DNA of 64,000 nt from Chamaesiphon sp. (GTDB taxonomy: Bacteria > Cyanobacteriota > Cyanobacteriia > Cyanobacteriales > Chamaesiphonaceae): positions 73,778 through 137,777 of the forward strand of contig CBDFFH010000049.1 of NCBI GenBank assembly GCA_965246715.1, in the 5' to 3' direction. A model generated the notes under the pieces. That model worked only from the letters and a program-made list of their open reading frames with translations. It was not told where the DNA came from and ran no database searches. Below, one piece after another: positions 53,167-62,242 of the stretch. Within the stretch, counting starts at the first letter, position 1, and the number at the start of each line of letters is the position of its first letter. The translations under genes and the position numbers were made by a program.

Positions 53167-54312
53167 CTATTTCAGGACTTTTTCGAGGGCGACGATCAGT
53201 CGATCGACACTATCTTTGCGACTGTTATAACCCATCAACCCTACCCGCCAAACTTTACCCGCTAATTCGCCCAAACCGCCACCGATTTCGATATTATGCT
53301 CGACGAGCAACTGCCGTGCAATGGCTTTGCCATCGACACCATCAGGGATGCAGACAGTCGTGAGCGTCGGCAACCGGAATTGCTTTTCGACGTGCATTTT
53401 CAGCCCGATCGCTTCTAAGCTCGACCATAGATACTCGACATTTTCCTGATGACGTTGCCAACTCCGATCGATGCCTTCAGTTGCCACCAGTCGCAGTGCT
53501 TCCCGCAACCCATAGTAAAGATTGATTGGTGCCGTATGGTGATAGACGCGCTCCGCACCCCAATATTTACCCAACAACAGCATATCTAAATACCAATTGG
53601 GCACCTTTGTCTGACGATTCGATAATTTCTCCAGCGCACGCGGACTCATCGTAAATGGCGATGCCCCAGGCGAACAACCCAAGCCTTTCTGAGAGCAACT
53701 ATAGGCAAGATCTACCCCCCACTCATCCAGGTGAATCGGCACCCCACCCAGGCTGGTTACGGTGTCTAACAGGAGTAAACAATCATACTCGCGACAGAGT
53801 TCGCCCACACCTTCGATCGGTTGTCTGCACCCAGTAGATGTCTCAGCATGAACCAATCCGAGGATTTTGGGACGGTGGGTTGCCATTGCCGTGCGGAGTT
53901 CGTCAAGTGAGAAATTTTGTCCCCACGGCTTGGAGATTGTCTGCACCGCCGCGCCATAACGTCCTGCCATATCGACCAAGCGATTGCCAAAATATCCGGC
54001 GACCCCAATTAGCATCACATCGCCAGGTTCGACGATATTCGCGATCGTGGCTTCCATCGCTGCCGAGCCAGTACCGCTGACGGCGATCGTGTGCAGGTTG
54101 TCTGTCTGCCAGACGTAACGCAATAGCGACTGAATCTCATCCATAATCTGCAAGAATGCTGGATCGAGATGTCCCAATGGCGGAGTACTCATTGCCTGAA
54201 GTACTGTGGGATGCGCGTTACATGGGCCAGGGCCAAGTAGTAATCGATCGGGTACCACAAGCGGATCTAATTTAAGGAGTTGGTTGGTTTTGACGCTGAT
54301 GGTTTGAGTCAT
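53167..54312 (-). CDS. class V aminotransferase (alanine--glyoxylate/serine--pyruvate)
   Basis: LLLGPGP, VHAETSTG, DTVTS, SQKGL (PLP lysine) and YHHT. Confidence 0.92.
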   Translation of the reverse strand: MTQTISVKTNQLLKLDPLVVPDRLLLGPGPCNAHPTVLQAMSTPPLGHLDPAFLQIMDEIQSLLRYVWQTDNLHTIAVSGTGSAAMEATIANIVEPGDVMLIGVAGYFGNRLVDMAGRYGAAVQTISKPWGQNFSLDELRTAMATHRPKILGLVHAETSTGCRQPIEGVGELCREYDCLLLLDTVTSLGGVPIHLDEWGVDLAYSCSQKGLGCSPGASPFTMSPRALEKLSNRQTKVPNWYLDMLLLGKYWGAERVYHHTAPINLYYGLREALRLVATEGIDRSWQRHQENVEYLWSSLEAIGLKMHVEKQFRLPTLTTVCIPDGVDGKAIARQLLVEHNIEIGGGLGELAGKVWRVGLMGYNSRKDSVDRLIVALEKVLK

Positions 54313-54423
54313 ACCGAGTTCTGAAAAAATGAGGTTACTTCAATTATCGGTCGATCGTTTGCCGCAATCGTGTAACGATAAGTTACAGCTTTTTAATGAT
54401 TTTAGATTCTTGCTCGATATTAT

Positions 54424-54631
54424 ACATTTTGTTTACAACAACAATGGATATGACTTCAACCTGCGAACAACAACTCCCTGGGAGAACTATAGTGGAGATG
54501 CTGCTTTTATCGCCAACTTTTCCGCTGGCTCTGCCCAAGCGGTTCCCGAACCTTTCACTATTATCGGTACGCTAGTTGGTGGTACCGCAGCATTCCGGAT
54601 GAAAAGAAAGCTTAAATTGGCTGCTAAATAA
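54424..54631 (+). pseudogene. C-terminal remnant of a PEP-CTERM protein (5' boundary approximate)
   Basis: AVPEPFTIIGTLVGGTAAFRMKRKLK tail; no signal peptide in the upstream part of the ORF. Confidence 0.75.
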
Positions 54632-54669
54632 CTAGCAACGATCGTGCTCAAGCAATATTAGGATACTTC

Positions 54670-54700
54670 AAAAAGACGCATTACTTTAGTGCGTCTTTTT
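54670..54700 (+). terminator. rho-independent terminator
   Basis: aaaaagacgcatta-ctt-tagtgcgtcttttt. Confidence 0.85.
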
Positions 54701-54843
54701 CGGTGTCTAGATTTCGATTCGGGTGAGATTCAACCTCAGATTGCCCGATATCCGTTCGTTTTGGACAGCGCGATCGAACTGCTGTGAGCCGAGCGATCTT
54801 CGTTACCATTTAAGTAGCAGATGATGATAAATCGAGGTAAATT

Positions 54844-56997
54844 GTGGCTTTACAGGTAAATGTCGGCCCCGCAGTGCTAACGATAAATCAAGGCAACACG
54901 TTTATGGTGACGCAGCTAGACGGGCAGATCGGTAGCGAGGGCGAACTCGGAGTGTTTGCCAACGATACTCGATTTGTGAGTTATTATGCCATTTTTGCTG
55001 ACGGTCAACCTTGGGTACGATTGAATTCAGCAACGACTGCCTATTATGCTTCGCGGGTCTATCTCACTAATCCAGCAATTGAAACCGAACAAGGCACGAT
55101 CGCGCCAGGAACGCTAGCATTGACCTTAAATCGGATCGTCAGTCATGGAATTCACGAAGATATCGACATCGTTAACCACGGTTTGACTCCAGTTAAATTT
55201 AACCTCGAAATTGCGCTACGATCGGATTTTGCCGATATTTATGAAGTCAAAGCCCATCATTTCGTGCGGCGCGGCAACATCGTCACTACGGCAAATGAAG
55301 CAGAGCAAGAATTCTCAACCTCATACAAAAATGATGATTTTCATCGCAGCTTGAGTTATCAAATTCGCAATGCATCTTCACCACCGCAGTCAGCAAACGG
55401 TCGAATTAGCTTTTTAGTGGAACTTGCAGCGGGCGCAAGCTGGCATACCTGTGGCTACTATATTCTCAAAATTGATGGCGAGGAAGATCGCGCGCCGACA
55501 ACTCCATGCGATCGATTACCACCCGAACTAACAACCCTCCAGCAGCAATGGTACGACAGCACGACCCACATCGCCACTGCTCAAGAGGAGATTTACCGAC
55601 TGTATCAACGATCGCTCGAAGATATGAGTGCGCTCAGATTGCACGATCGCGACCTCGGCGACAATATGTGGGTTCCGGCGGCTGGAGTACCATGGTTTGT
55701 CAGTATTTTTGGGCGGGATAGTCTGATTTCTAGCTTGCAAAATATGATTGTGCAGCCGAAGTTGGCCTTGGGTAGTTTAAAAAAACTCGGGCAACTGCAA
55801 GCTACAGAAATCGACGACTGGCGCGATGCCCAACCTGGTAAAATCCTCCACGAACTGCGGACTGGCGAACTGGCACACTTCAAGCGCATTCCGCATAGCC
55901 CTTATTATGGAACTGCCGATGCAACCCCGCTATATCCCATCGTGCTGCACGAAACCTGGAAATGGACGGGAGATCTGAAGCTATTGCAGGAATATCGGGA
56001 CGTGGCACTGCGGTGTTTGGACTGGATCGATCGCTATGGCGATCTCGATGGCGATGGCTTTCAAGAATACCAATCGCGGTCTTCGCAACCTACCAAAAAT
56101 CAAGGTTGGAAAGATTCGGGTGATGCGATCGTCTATCCCGATGGTAAATTGGTCGAGACACCGATCGCGTTATGCGAGTTGCAAGGCTATGTCTTCGATG
56201 CGTGGATGCGGATGGCGGAAGTATTCGAGGCACTAGGCGAACCCGATCGATCGATCGAATTACGCCGCAAAGCCAGTGAGCTACAACAACGCTTCGAGCA
56301 GTCCTTCTGGTGTGACGACCTCGAATATTATGCCTTTGCGCTCGATCGCGATAAACAGCCAGTACGATCGATCGCCTCAAATCCCGGTCACTGTCTCTGG
56401 AGCGGCATTATTAGTCCCGATCGGGCCAAGAAAGTCGTCCAGCGGCTAATGGATGCCGATATGTGGAGCGGTTGGGGCATTCGCACGCTCTCAGCCAAGC
56501 ATCCCAGTTACAATCCCAACTCTTATCATTGTGGCTCGGTATGGGCGCATGATAATGGTATTATCGCCCTCGGTTGCAAACGCTACGGCTTCACTGCCGA
56601 AGCCGCCCAGATCGCTCGTGGGATTTCCGGCGCTGCCAGCCACTTTCAGCACTATCGTATGCCTGAAGCATATACAGGTATCCCCGCCGAACCAAATGCC
56701 TTTCCCGTGCAATACATCCAAGCCAACGTCCCCCAAGCTTGGGCGTTAGGATCGGTATTTCACCTACTCCAAGCGATTCTCGGCCTGCAAGCCGACGCAC
56801 CAAATGGTCGGTTGTACGTCGATCCAGATCTACCAACATGGTTGCCCGATATTACCTTACAGCAACTGGCGATCGGCAATGCCAAGGTCGATCTGCGATT
56901 TTGGCGAGAAGGCGATCGCACCCAGTGGACGGCTGATGTCAAGACGGGCGAGATTGAGGTTGTACAAACAACTGGATCTGCAACTCGATCGCATTAA
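54844..56997 (+). CDS. amylo-alpha-1,6-glucosidase / glycogen debranching family
   Basis: DTRFVS, AAGVPWF, FGRDSL, PGKILHE, YGTADATPL, NQGWKDS and YHCGSVW. Confidence 0.9.
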   Translation: MALQVNVGPAVLTINQGNTFMVTQLDGQIGSEGELGVFANDTRFVSYYAIFADGQPWVRLNSATTAYYASRVYLTNPAIETEQGTIAPGTLALTLNRIVSHGIHEDIDIVNHGLTPVKFNLEIALRSDFADIYEVKAHHFVRRGNIVTTANEAEQEFSTSYKNDDFHRSLSYQIRNASSPPQSANGRISFLVELAAGASWHTCGYYILKIDGEEDRAPTTPCDRLPPELTTLQQQWYDSTTHIATAQEEIYRLYQRSLEDMSALRLHDRDLGDNMWVPAAGVPWFVSIFGRDSLISSLQNMIVQPKLALGSLKKLGQLQATEIDDWRDAQPGKILHELRTGELAHFKRIPHSPYYGTADATPLYPIVLHETWKWTGDLKLLQEYRDVALRCLDWIDRYGDLDGDGFQEYQSRSSQPTKNQGWKDSGDAIVYPDGKLVETPIALCELQGYVFDAWMRMAEVFEALGEPDRSIELRRKASELQQRFEQSFWCDDLEYYAFALDRDKQPVRSIASNPGHCLWSGIISPDRAKKVVQRLMDADMWSGWGIRTLSAKHPSYNPNSYHCGSVWAHDNGIIALGCKRYGFTAEAAQIARGISGAASHFQHYRMPEAYTGIPAEPNAFPVQYIQANVPQAWALGSVFHLLQAILGLQADAPNGRLYVDPDLPTWLPDITLQQLAIGNAKVDLRFWREGDRTQWTADVKTGEIEVVQTTGSATRSH

Positions 56998-57439
56998 GTT
57001 TAGTGAGATTAATTTAACGCGATCGAGCTAATTTCAACGATGGAAAAACTTAGCGAATAAATATAAAGTATCGAGGATCGTCGCGATCGATCGGATTACT
57101 TCCAAACATTTGAGGATACGTGCGATATGTTTTCTGTTCATTTGATTGAGGTTTGGCGTGAAATGAAATCGCCTTACCTAATACATTAATCGCTTGCCAT
57201 CCTTGTCGAAGGTCACTTCACCTTCATTTATTGCGTCTTTTCGATCCTCTATTTGTGAATGAGAGAGATCGTCAATCAGAGATATTTGGTGGCGAACTTG
57301 AGCCTACCTTTGGATATGATTCTTTTTTGCAAAGAGATCGAGCCGGAACTCCTCGAGGTGTTATCGCTCTAGATCCAACAGATTTAATGAAATAGTAGTT
57401 GCTGCACTCGGTGATGATTTACTTGATAGATAATCTCCA

Positions 57440-57485
57440 AAATCAAAAGTAGGGGCAATTCACGAATTGCCCCTACTTTTGATTT
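57440..57485. repeat. GTAG palindrome copy 3 with 9-bp inverted flanks
   Basis: aaatcaaaa GTAGGGGCAATTCACGAATTGCCCCTAC ttttgattt. Confidence 0.85.
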
Positions 57486-57530
57486 CAAGCGCGATCGAGT
57501 TAAAATTCGATATGAAAATGGAGGCGGAAA

Positions 57531-57845
57531 TTAACCGATATTGCCGCCGTTGTGTTGCTCGTATTCTGCAAGTTCTTGTTTAAGTCGATCGATAGTTCTT
57601 TTGAAGCTATTAATCCGCCCCAAAATTAATCGCGGATGCAAATTTTGGTCTTCACGATCTATGTCAGCTAATTGTCGCTCGAATCGATCGAGTTCGACTT
57701 GAGTTATTTTATACTCTCGATCGTTTGCGATTGCTGTTTTACAGATCGTCGGATCTTGGTTAATTGGTTGAGTAGTCTGATTTACTTGCATGTCACTCCG
57801 AGCAACAGATTGCAGATAATTGCATATAAATACAACTAATTGCAT
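57531..57845 (-). CDS. small helical protein resembling the N-terminal part of HTH antitoxin/regulators, without the HTH (true start may be downstream)
   Basis: IANDREYKIT...F...HP...LKQELAEYE pattern. Confidence 0.55.
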   Translation of the reverse strand: MQLVVFICNYLQSVARSDMQVNQTTQPINQDPTICKTAIANDREYKITQVELDRFERQLADIDREDQNLHPRLILGRINSFKRTIDRLKQELAEYEQHNGGNIG

Positions 57846-57938
57846 TTATACATCTATCTTCCTGAAATTAATCGCTATTTTTTGGTTTGAAGCAAAACTG
57901 ATGTAAAATTGAAGTAGAGCAAAGAAGAATGTCAAGAT

Positions 57939-60017
57939 ATGGCAAGTACACTCAGCACGTCAGCAATAGGATTGGAAATTGTCGAGCGAGCGCGGCGACA
58001 TAAGGGTTGGAATAAGACTGAGGTTGCTTGGCAAGTTAGGGCAGATGTTTCTAAGTCTACGCTCGACAGGTTTTGGATGCAGAAGCCAATTAAGCATCAG
58101 AATTTTGTGTCTATTTGCGAGGCAGTGAGTGTTGATTGGGAGCAAATTGTCGATTTACCTGCGATCGAACCAACCAGCATCACCCGAAAATCTAATTTAG
58201 CGCATGTCAACCAGCCTGTAATTCTGGAATTAGAGGAATTTGGACAGCAAATTTTTGATTGGTTTGGGGCGTTGGATTTTAAGTTTGAAGGGTTACCCAG
58301 ACAGGAAGGAAAGTATGTAGAGTGGGTGATTCAGGTACCTGTGAGACGATCGAGATTCGATCGAGTGTTGATTCGTGCCACTATTCATGAGGCGGGTTTG
58401 AGCGATCTGGATAGTTTGCGAAGAGGTGTGGCGCAACTGCGGGTTGATGAAGGTTGGTTGGTGACAAATCTGTGGGTGAGTCAGTCGGTGCGACAGGCTT
58501 TGAGTAAGTCGGATGACGAGAAGCTAACTTGTCTGACGTTTGATGAATTAATCGACCAGGATGCGAATTTTACGCCTTATTTAGACTGGTTGGAGCGGGA
58601 GATTAAACGGCGGGAGATCGATCGCTATTATGTCGATTTGGGCTGTACTAAGGGCGAACTTGATGCGGATACGCGGACGTTGCGGGGGACGAGTAAGTAT
58701 AGTGTGGCAGATGGGGGGATCGATCGGTATATCGATCGGTGGTTAGAGAATCCAGTCACCGAGCATGTATCGATTTTAGGTGAGTTTGGGACGGGGAAAA
58801 CTTGGTTTGCGTTGCACTATGCGGGGAAATGTTTGCAGGATTATCACGCGGCAAAATCCAAGGGGATGCCGCGTCCGCGTTTGCCGTTGGTAATTCCGTT
58901 GCGTGATTATGCTAAGGCTTTGAATGTGGAAAATGTGCTGGCGGGATTCTTTTATACGCAGCATAATATTCGGCTCAATAGTGATGTGTTCGACAGGTTG
59001 AACCGGATGGGGAAACTGTTGCTGATTTTTGATGGTTTCGATGAGATGGCGGACAAGATTGATACCCAGAAGATGACTGATAATTTCTGGGAATTGGCAA
59101 AGGTAGTTACGCCAAATGCCAAGGTGATTTTGACTTGTCGCACGGAACATTTTCCGACGGCGCAGGATGAGCGGGATAATTTGAGCGGGGAACGGATTCC
59201 TTCGACGGCGAATCAGATTGCAATAGCTCCGAAGTTTGAGACGTTGGAGTTGATGAAGTTCGATGATGAGCAGATTCGGGAGGTATTAGCGCGGCGGACG
59301 AATTTGGCGACGGTGGAATTGGTGATGGCAAATTCCCAATTGCTGGATCTGTTGCGGCGGGCAGTGATGGCGGAATTTGTATTGGAGGCTTTACCAGAGA
59401 TTGCGGCGGGAAAACCGATCGATCTAGCGCGGGTGTATCTCTATGCGGTGCGGCACAAGATGGAGCGGGATATTACGACGGGGCGGACGTTTACGTCGTT
59501 GGCGGATAAGCTCTATTTCTTGTGTGAGTTGGCGTGGGAAATGTTGAGTGAAGATAAAATGACGCTGAATTATCGGGAGTTTCCCGACAGGTTGCGGGTG
59601 TTATTTAAGGATGAGGTAAAAGAGCAGAAGCATCTCGACCATTGGCATTATGACATGATGGGGCAGACGATGTTAATTCGGGATGATGATGGGGATTATA
59701 GTCCGGCACATCGCTCTCTGTTGGAGTTTTTTGTTGCTTACAAGTTCGCGGCGGAGTTGGGTTTATTGGCGGATGATTTTCTGGAGGTGGCGCAGGCTCA
59801 GTCGGGGATTGATGAGAGTTTGCCGCCAAAGTTGTATAAATGGTCAGATTATTGGCAGCGGGATGTGGATGATAAGGGTGAGCGAAAATTAATTGCGCCT
59901 TTGGCAGGGTTTAAGTCGGAATCGCTGGAAAAGTTGCGGGAGACTTTTGGTAGAAATCCGTTGACTAAAGCGATCCTCGATTTGCTTTTACCCGCACTAA
60001 AACAGACTTTGCTTTGA
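57939..60017 (+). CDS. NACHT (STAND) NTPase with N-terminal HTH and Mrr/REase-like domain; C-terminal repeats detached
   Basis: GEFGTGKT Walker A, LLIFDGFDEM Walker B, VILTCR and HRSLLEFFVA; N-terminal ARRHKGW...VSKSTLDRFW...ICEAV..DW. Confidence 0.88.
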   Translation: MASTLSTSAIGLEIVERARRHKGWNKTEVAWQVRADVSKSTLDRFWMQKPIKHQNFVSICEAVSVDWEQIVDLPAIEPTSITRKSNLAHVNQPVILELEEFGQQIFDWFGALDFKFEGLPRQEGKYVEWVIQVPVRRSRFDRVLIRATIHEAGLSDLDSLRRGVAQLRVDEGWLVTNLWVSQSVRQALSKSDDEKLTCLTFDELIDQDANFTPYLDWLEREIKRREIDRYYVDLGCTKGELDADTRTLRGTSKYSVADGGIDRYIDRWLENPVTEHVSILGEFGTGKTWFALHYAGKCLQDYHAAKSKGMPRPRLPLVIPLRDYAKALNVENVLAGFFYTQHNIRLNSDVFDRLNRMGKLLLIFDGFDEMADKIDTQKMTDNFWELAKVVTPNAKVILTCRTEHFPTAQDERDNLSGERIPSTANQIAIAPKFETLELMKFDDEQIREVLARRTNLATVELVMANSQLLDLLRRAVMAEFVLEALPEIAAGKPIDLARVYLYAVRHKMERDITTGRTFTSLADKLYFLCELAWEMLSEDKMTLNYREFPDRLRVLFKDEVKEQKHLDHWHYDMMGQTMLIRDDDGDYSPAHRSLLEFFVAYKFAAELGLLADDFLEVAQAQSGIDESLPPKLYKWSDYWQRDVDDKGERKLIAPLAGFKSESLEKLRETFGRNPLTKAILDLLLPALKQTLL

Positions 60018-60592
60018 GTGTCGATGAGCAGTTCCTCTATTCCAGTGGCGACAAAATAATTAGAGAATGGAAACTAACAAATGGTACTAGTCAGCGAACC
60101 TTTCACGGACATCAAAGTTGGGTGAGTGCAATCGTAGTTAGTGCCGATGGACAATGGCTCTACTCAGGTAGTGAGGACGAAACAATTAAGGAATGGAATC
60201 TCCAGGAAGGCAATTGTCAGAGGACTTTTAATGGTCATCAAGATTGGATAAGCACAATTGTATTAAGTGCCGATGAACAGTCGATCTACTCCACAAGCGA
60301 AAATCAGAAAATTATTCAGGAATGGAATCTCAAGGAGGGCATCTGTCAGCGTACTTTTGAGGATCGATCGGGTTTGATAACAGGAATTGATATGAGTACA
60401 GATGGACAATTTCTCGACTCTTTCGGCTCTGATCCTGGAATTAAGGAATGGGATCTAATAACTGGAGAATACCTTCGCACGATCGATACCCGTCTCTGTG
60501 CAGGTGCCAATATTACCAACGTCAAAGGCTTAACCCCCGCCCAAATTGATTCCCTCCTCGCCTTGGGAGCCAAGATCGACGATGGTGAATGA
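60002..60592 (+). pseudogene. WD40 repeats plus NACHT-type tail in the -1 frame (ORF track start TTG 60014)
   Basis: GHQSWVSAIVVSADGQWLYSGSEDETIKEW repeats; GANITNVKGLTPAQIDSLLALGA terminus; begins mid-repeat. Confidence 0.75.
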
Positions 60593-60639
60593 ATCTCGAT
60601 TCGATCGGTGTTGGGACGGGTGGATGTTCTAAATAGGTT

Positions 60640-60756
60640 GCGTAGATCTACCCACCCCACCCTACGGGCACCCCTCCCCAGAGGGGATTTTCCACTACCA
60701 TCTCTCAGTCTGCGAAGGCAGACTTTGCAACACGAGCCGCGATTTCAATCGCTGGC
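60640..60756 (+). repeat. GC double-hairpin repeat followed by an AGTCC-family repeat
   Basis: Matches 52912-52965, then agtctgcgaaggcagactttgc...gcgatttcaatcgc. Confidence 0.8.
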
Positions 60757-60789
60757 GGTGTTGGCGGCGTGGGATTATCGCACACTCAT

Positions 60790-61881
60790 TCAACCCGCAG
60801 CTAAATCGGAAAATACCTCTCGCATAGCAGGATGGATGATTTTGCCCGATCGAACGTTTACCCCTTTAGCTAAATTCAGATCGAGATCTAACGCATCCAA
60901 ACCGCGATCGGCTAATTTCAGCACATAGGGCGCTGTACTATTATTTAAAGCTTGAGTTGCCGTCCAGGGGACTGCTCCAGGCATATTCGGTACGCCGTAG
61001 TGCACGACTCCCGACTCTACATAAACCGGATTGGTATGTGAAGTCGGGCGGACTGTCTCGATACAGCCGCCTTGATCGACCGCAACATCGATTATTACCG
61101 ATCCTGGCTGCATCTGGGCTACTAGAGTCGCAGAGACTAGGGTAGGCGGACGTTTGCCAGGGATGAGGACTGCGCCAATGACGAGATCGGCACTGCGGAC
61201 GGCGGCTTCGATATTGTGAGCGTTGCTATATAGATATGTGACGCGGGAACCGAAGATGGTTTCGAGATAGCTCAATCGATCGACATTTACATCCAAGATC
61301 GTCACCTGTGCGCCCATCCCAACCGCCATCCTGGCGGCTTCCGTACCGACGATCCCCCCACCGAGGATCGTGACTCGCCCTGGTTGTACGCCAGGAACGC
61401 CGCCGAGGAGTACGCCGCTCCCACCTTGTTGTTTTTCGAGAAATCTCGCGCCAAATTGAATCGATAATCTCCCGGCAATGATGCTCATCGGGGTGAGGAG
61501 GGGCAGCTTCCCATCGGGTAATTCTACGGTCTCATAGGCGATCGCGGTGATGCCACTATCGATTAAGTGTTCGGTGAGCGCGCGATTGGCAGCAAGGTGG
61601 AGGTAGGTAAAGAGGATTTGTTCTTTTTGCAAGTAGGCATATTCTGTCGTCAGCGGTTCTTTGACTTTGACGACCAGTTCCCGATTCCAGACTTCAGCGG
61701 CGGTGGCAACGATGTTCGCACCAGCCTGAAGATATCGATCGTCTGGAAAACTAGAACCAGCTCCGGCATTGGTTTCGACGAATACTTGATGCCCACGATC
61801 GACTAAAGCGCGGACGATACTGGGTGTCAATCCCACCCGAAATTCTTGGTCTTTGGTTTCTCTAGGTACCCCAACTTCCAT
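60790..61881 (-). CDS. ald: alanine dehydrogenase
   Basis: EFRVGLTP, VKVKEP, FTYLHLA, GGGIVG, DVAVDQGG and VPNMPGAV. Confidence 0.96.
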   Translation of the reverse strand: MEVGVPRETKDQEFRVGLTPSIVRALVDRGHQVFVETNAGAGSSFPDDRYLQAGANIVATAAEVWNRELVVKVKEPLTTEYAYLQKEQILFTYLHLAANRALTEHLIDSGITAIAYETVELPDGKLPLLTPMSIIAGRLSIQFGARFLEKQQGGSGVLLGGVPGVQPGRVTILGGGIVGTEAARMAVGMGAQVTILDVNVDRLSYLETIFGSRVTYLYSNAHNIEAAVRSADLVIGAVLIPGKRPPTLVSATLVAQMQPGSVIIDVAVDQGGCIETVRPTSHTNPVYVESGVVHYGVPNMPGAVPWTATQALNNSTAPYVLKLADRGLDALDLDLNLAKGVNVRSGKIIHPAMREVFSDLAAG

Positions 61882-62080
61882 CTTTTACCTACTCTTGAGT
61901 CAATAGCAATAGACAAGTGCGTCTATATCTTTCAATCATAATCTTCGATTTGAGAGTTCGGGGTGGCAGCTTATACTATCCACATACTGGAATTACCAAT
62001 AATTCCTCTTGTCAATTGCCTAGAGCTTTTGCGCGTCGCGTATTGAGTAGCTAAGCAGAGCAGTGCAAATCGATGCTTTT

Positions 62081-62129
62081 AGTCCGCGTAGGCGGACTTT
62101 GATTATCTAGGCGCGGTTTCAACCGCCAG
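62081..62129 (+). repeat. single AGTCC-family repeat
   Basis: agtccgcgtaggcggact followed by gcggtttcaaccgc. Confidence 0.8.
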
Positions 62130-62242
62130 TCTCTTCTGGTACTGTAGATCGCCAACACCACCAATGATTTATACTTTTAGAGCAGCCTCTTCATCACACC
62201 AAGAAACTGCTCAATTCCTCAGCCATTAGGTGACTCATTCCG

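Noticed and set aside
57178..57330. Short minus-strand peptide (QVRHQISLIDD...DGKRLMY)
   Set aside because: In-frame stop upstream, no start codon and no recognisable family.
60608..60928. 106-aa ORF (THPTLRAPLPRGDF)
   Set aside because: Made of repeat sequence plus the antisense end of ald.
48108..62129. Repeats considered as a possible CRISPR array
   Set aside because: They are dispersed or inverted, not regularly spaced direct repeats with unique spacers, and no cas genes are present.
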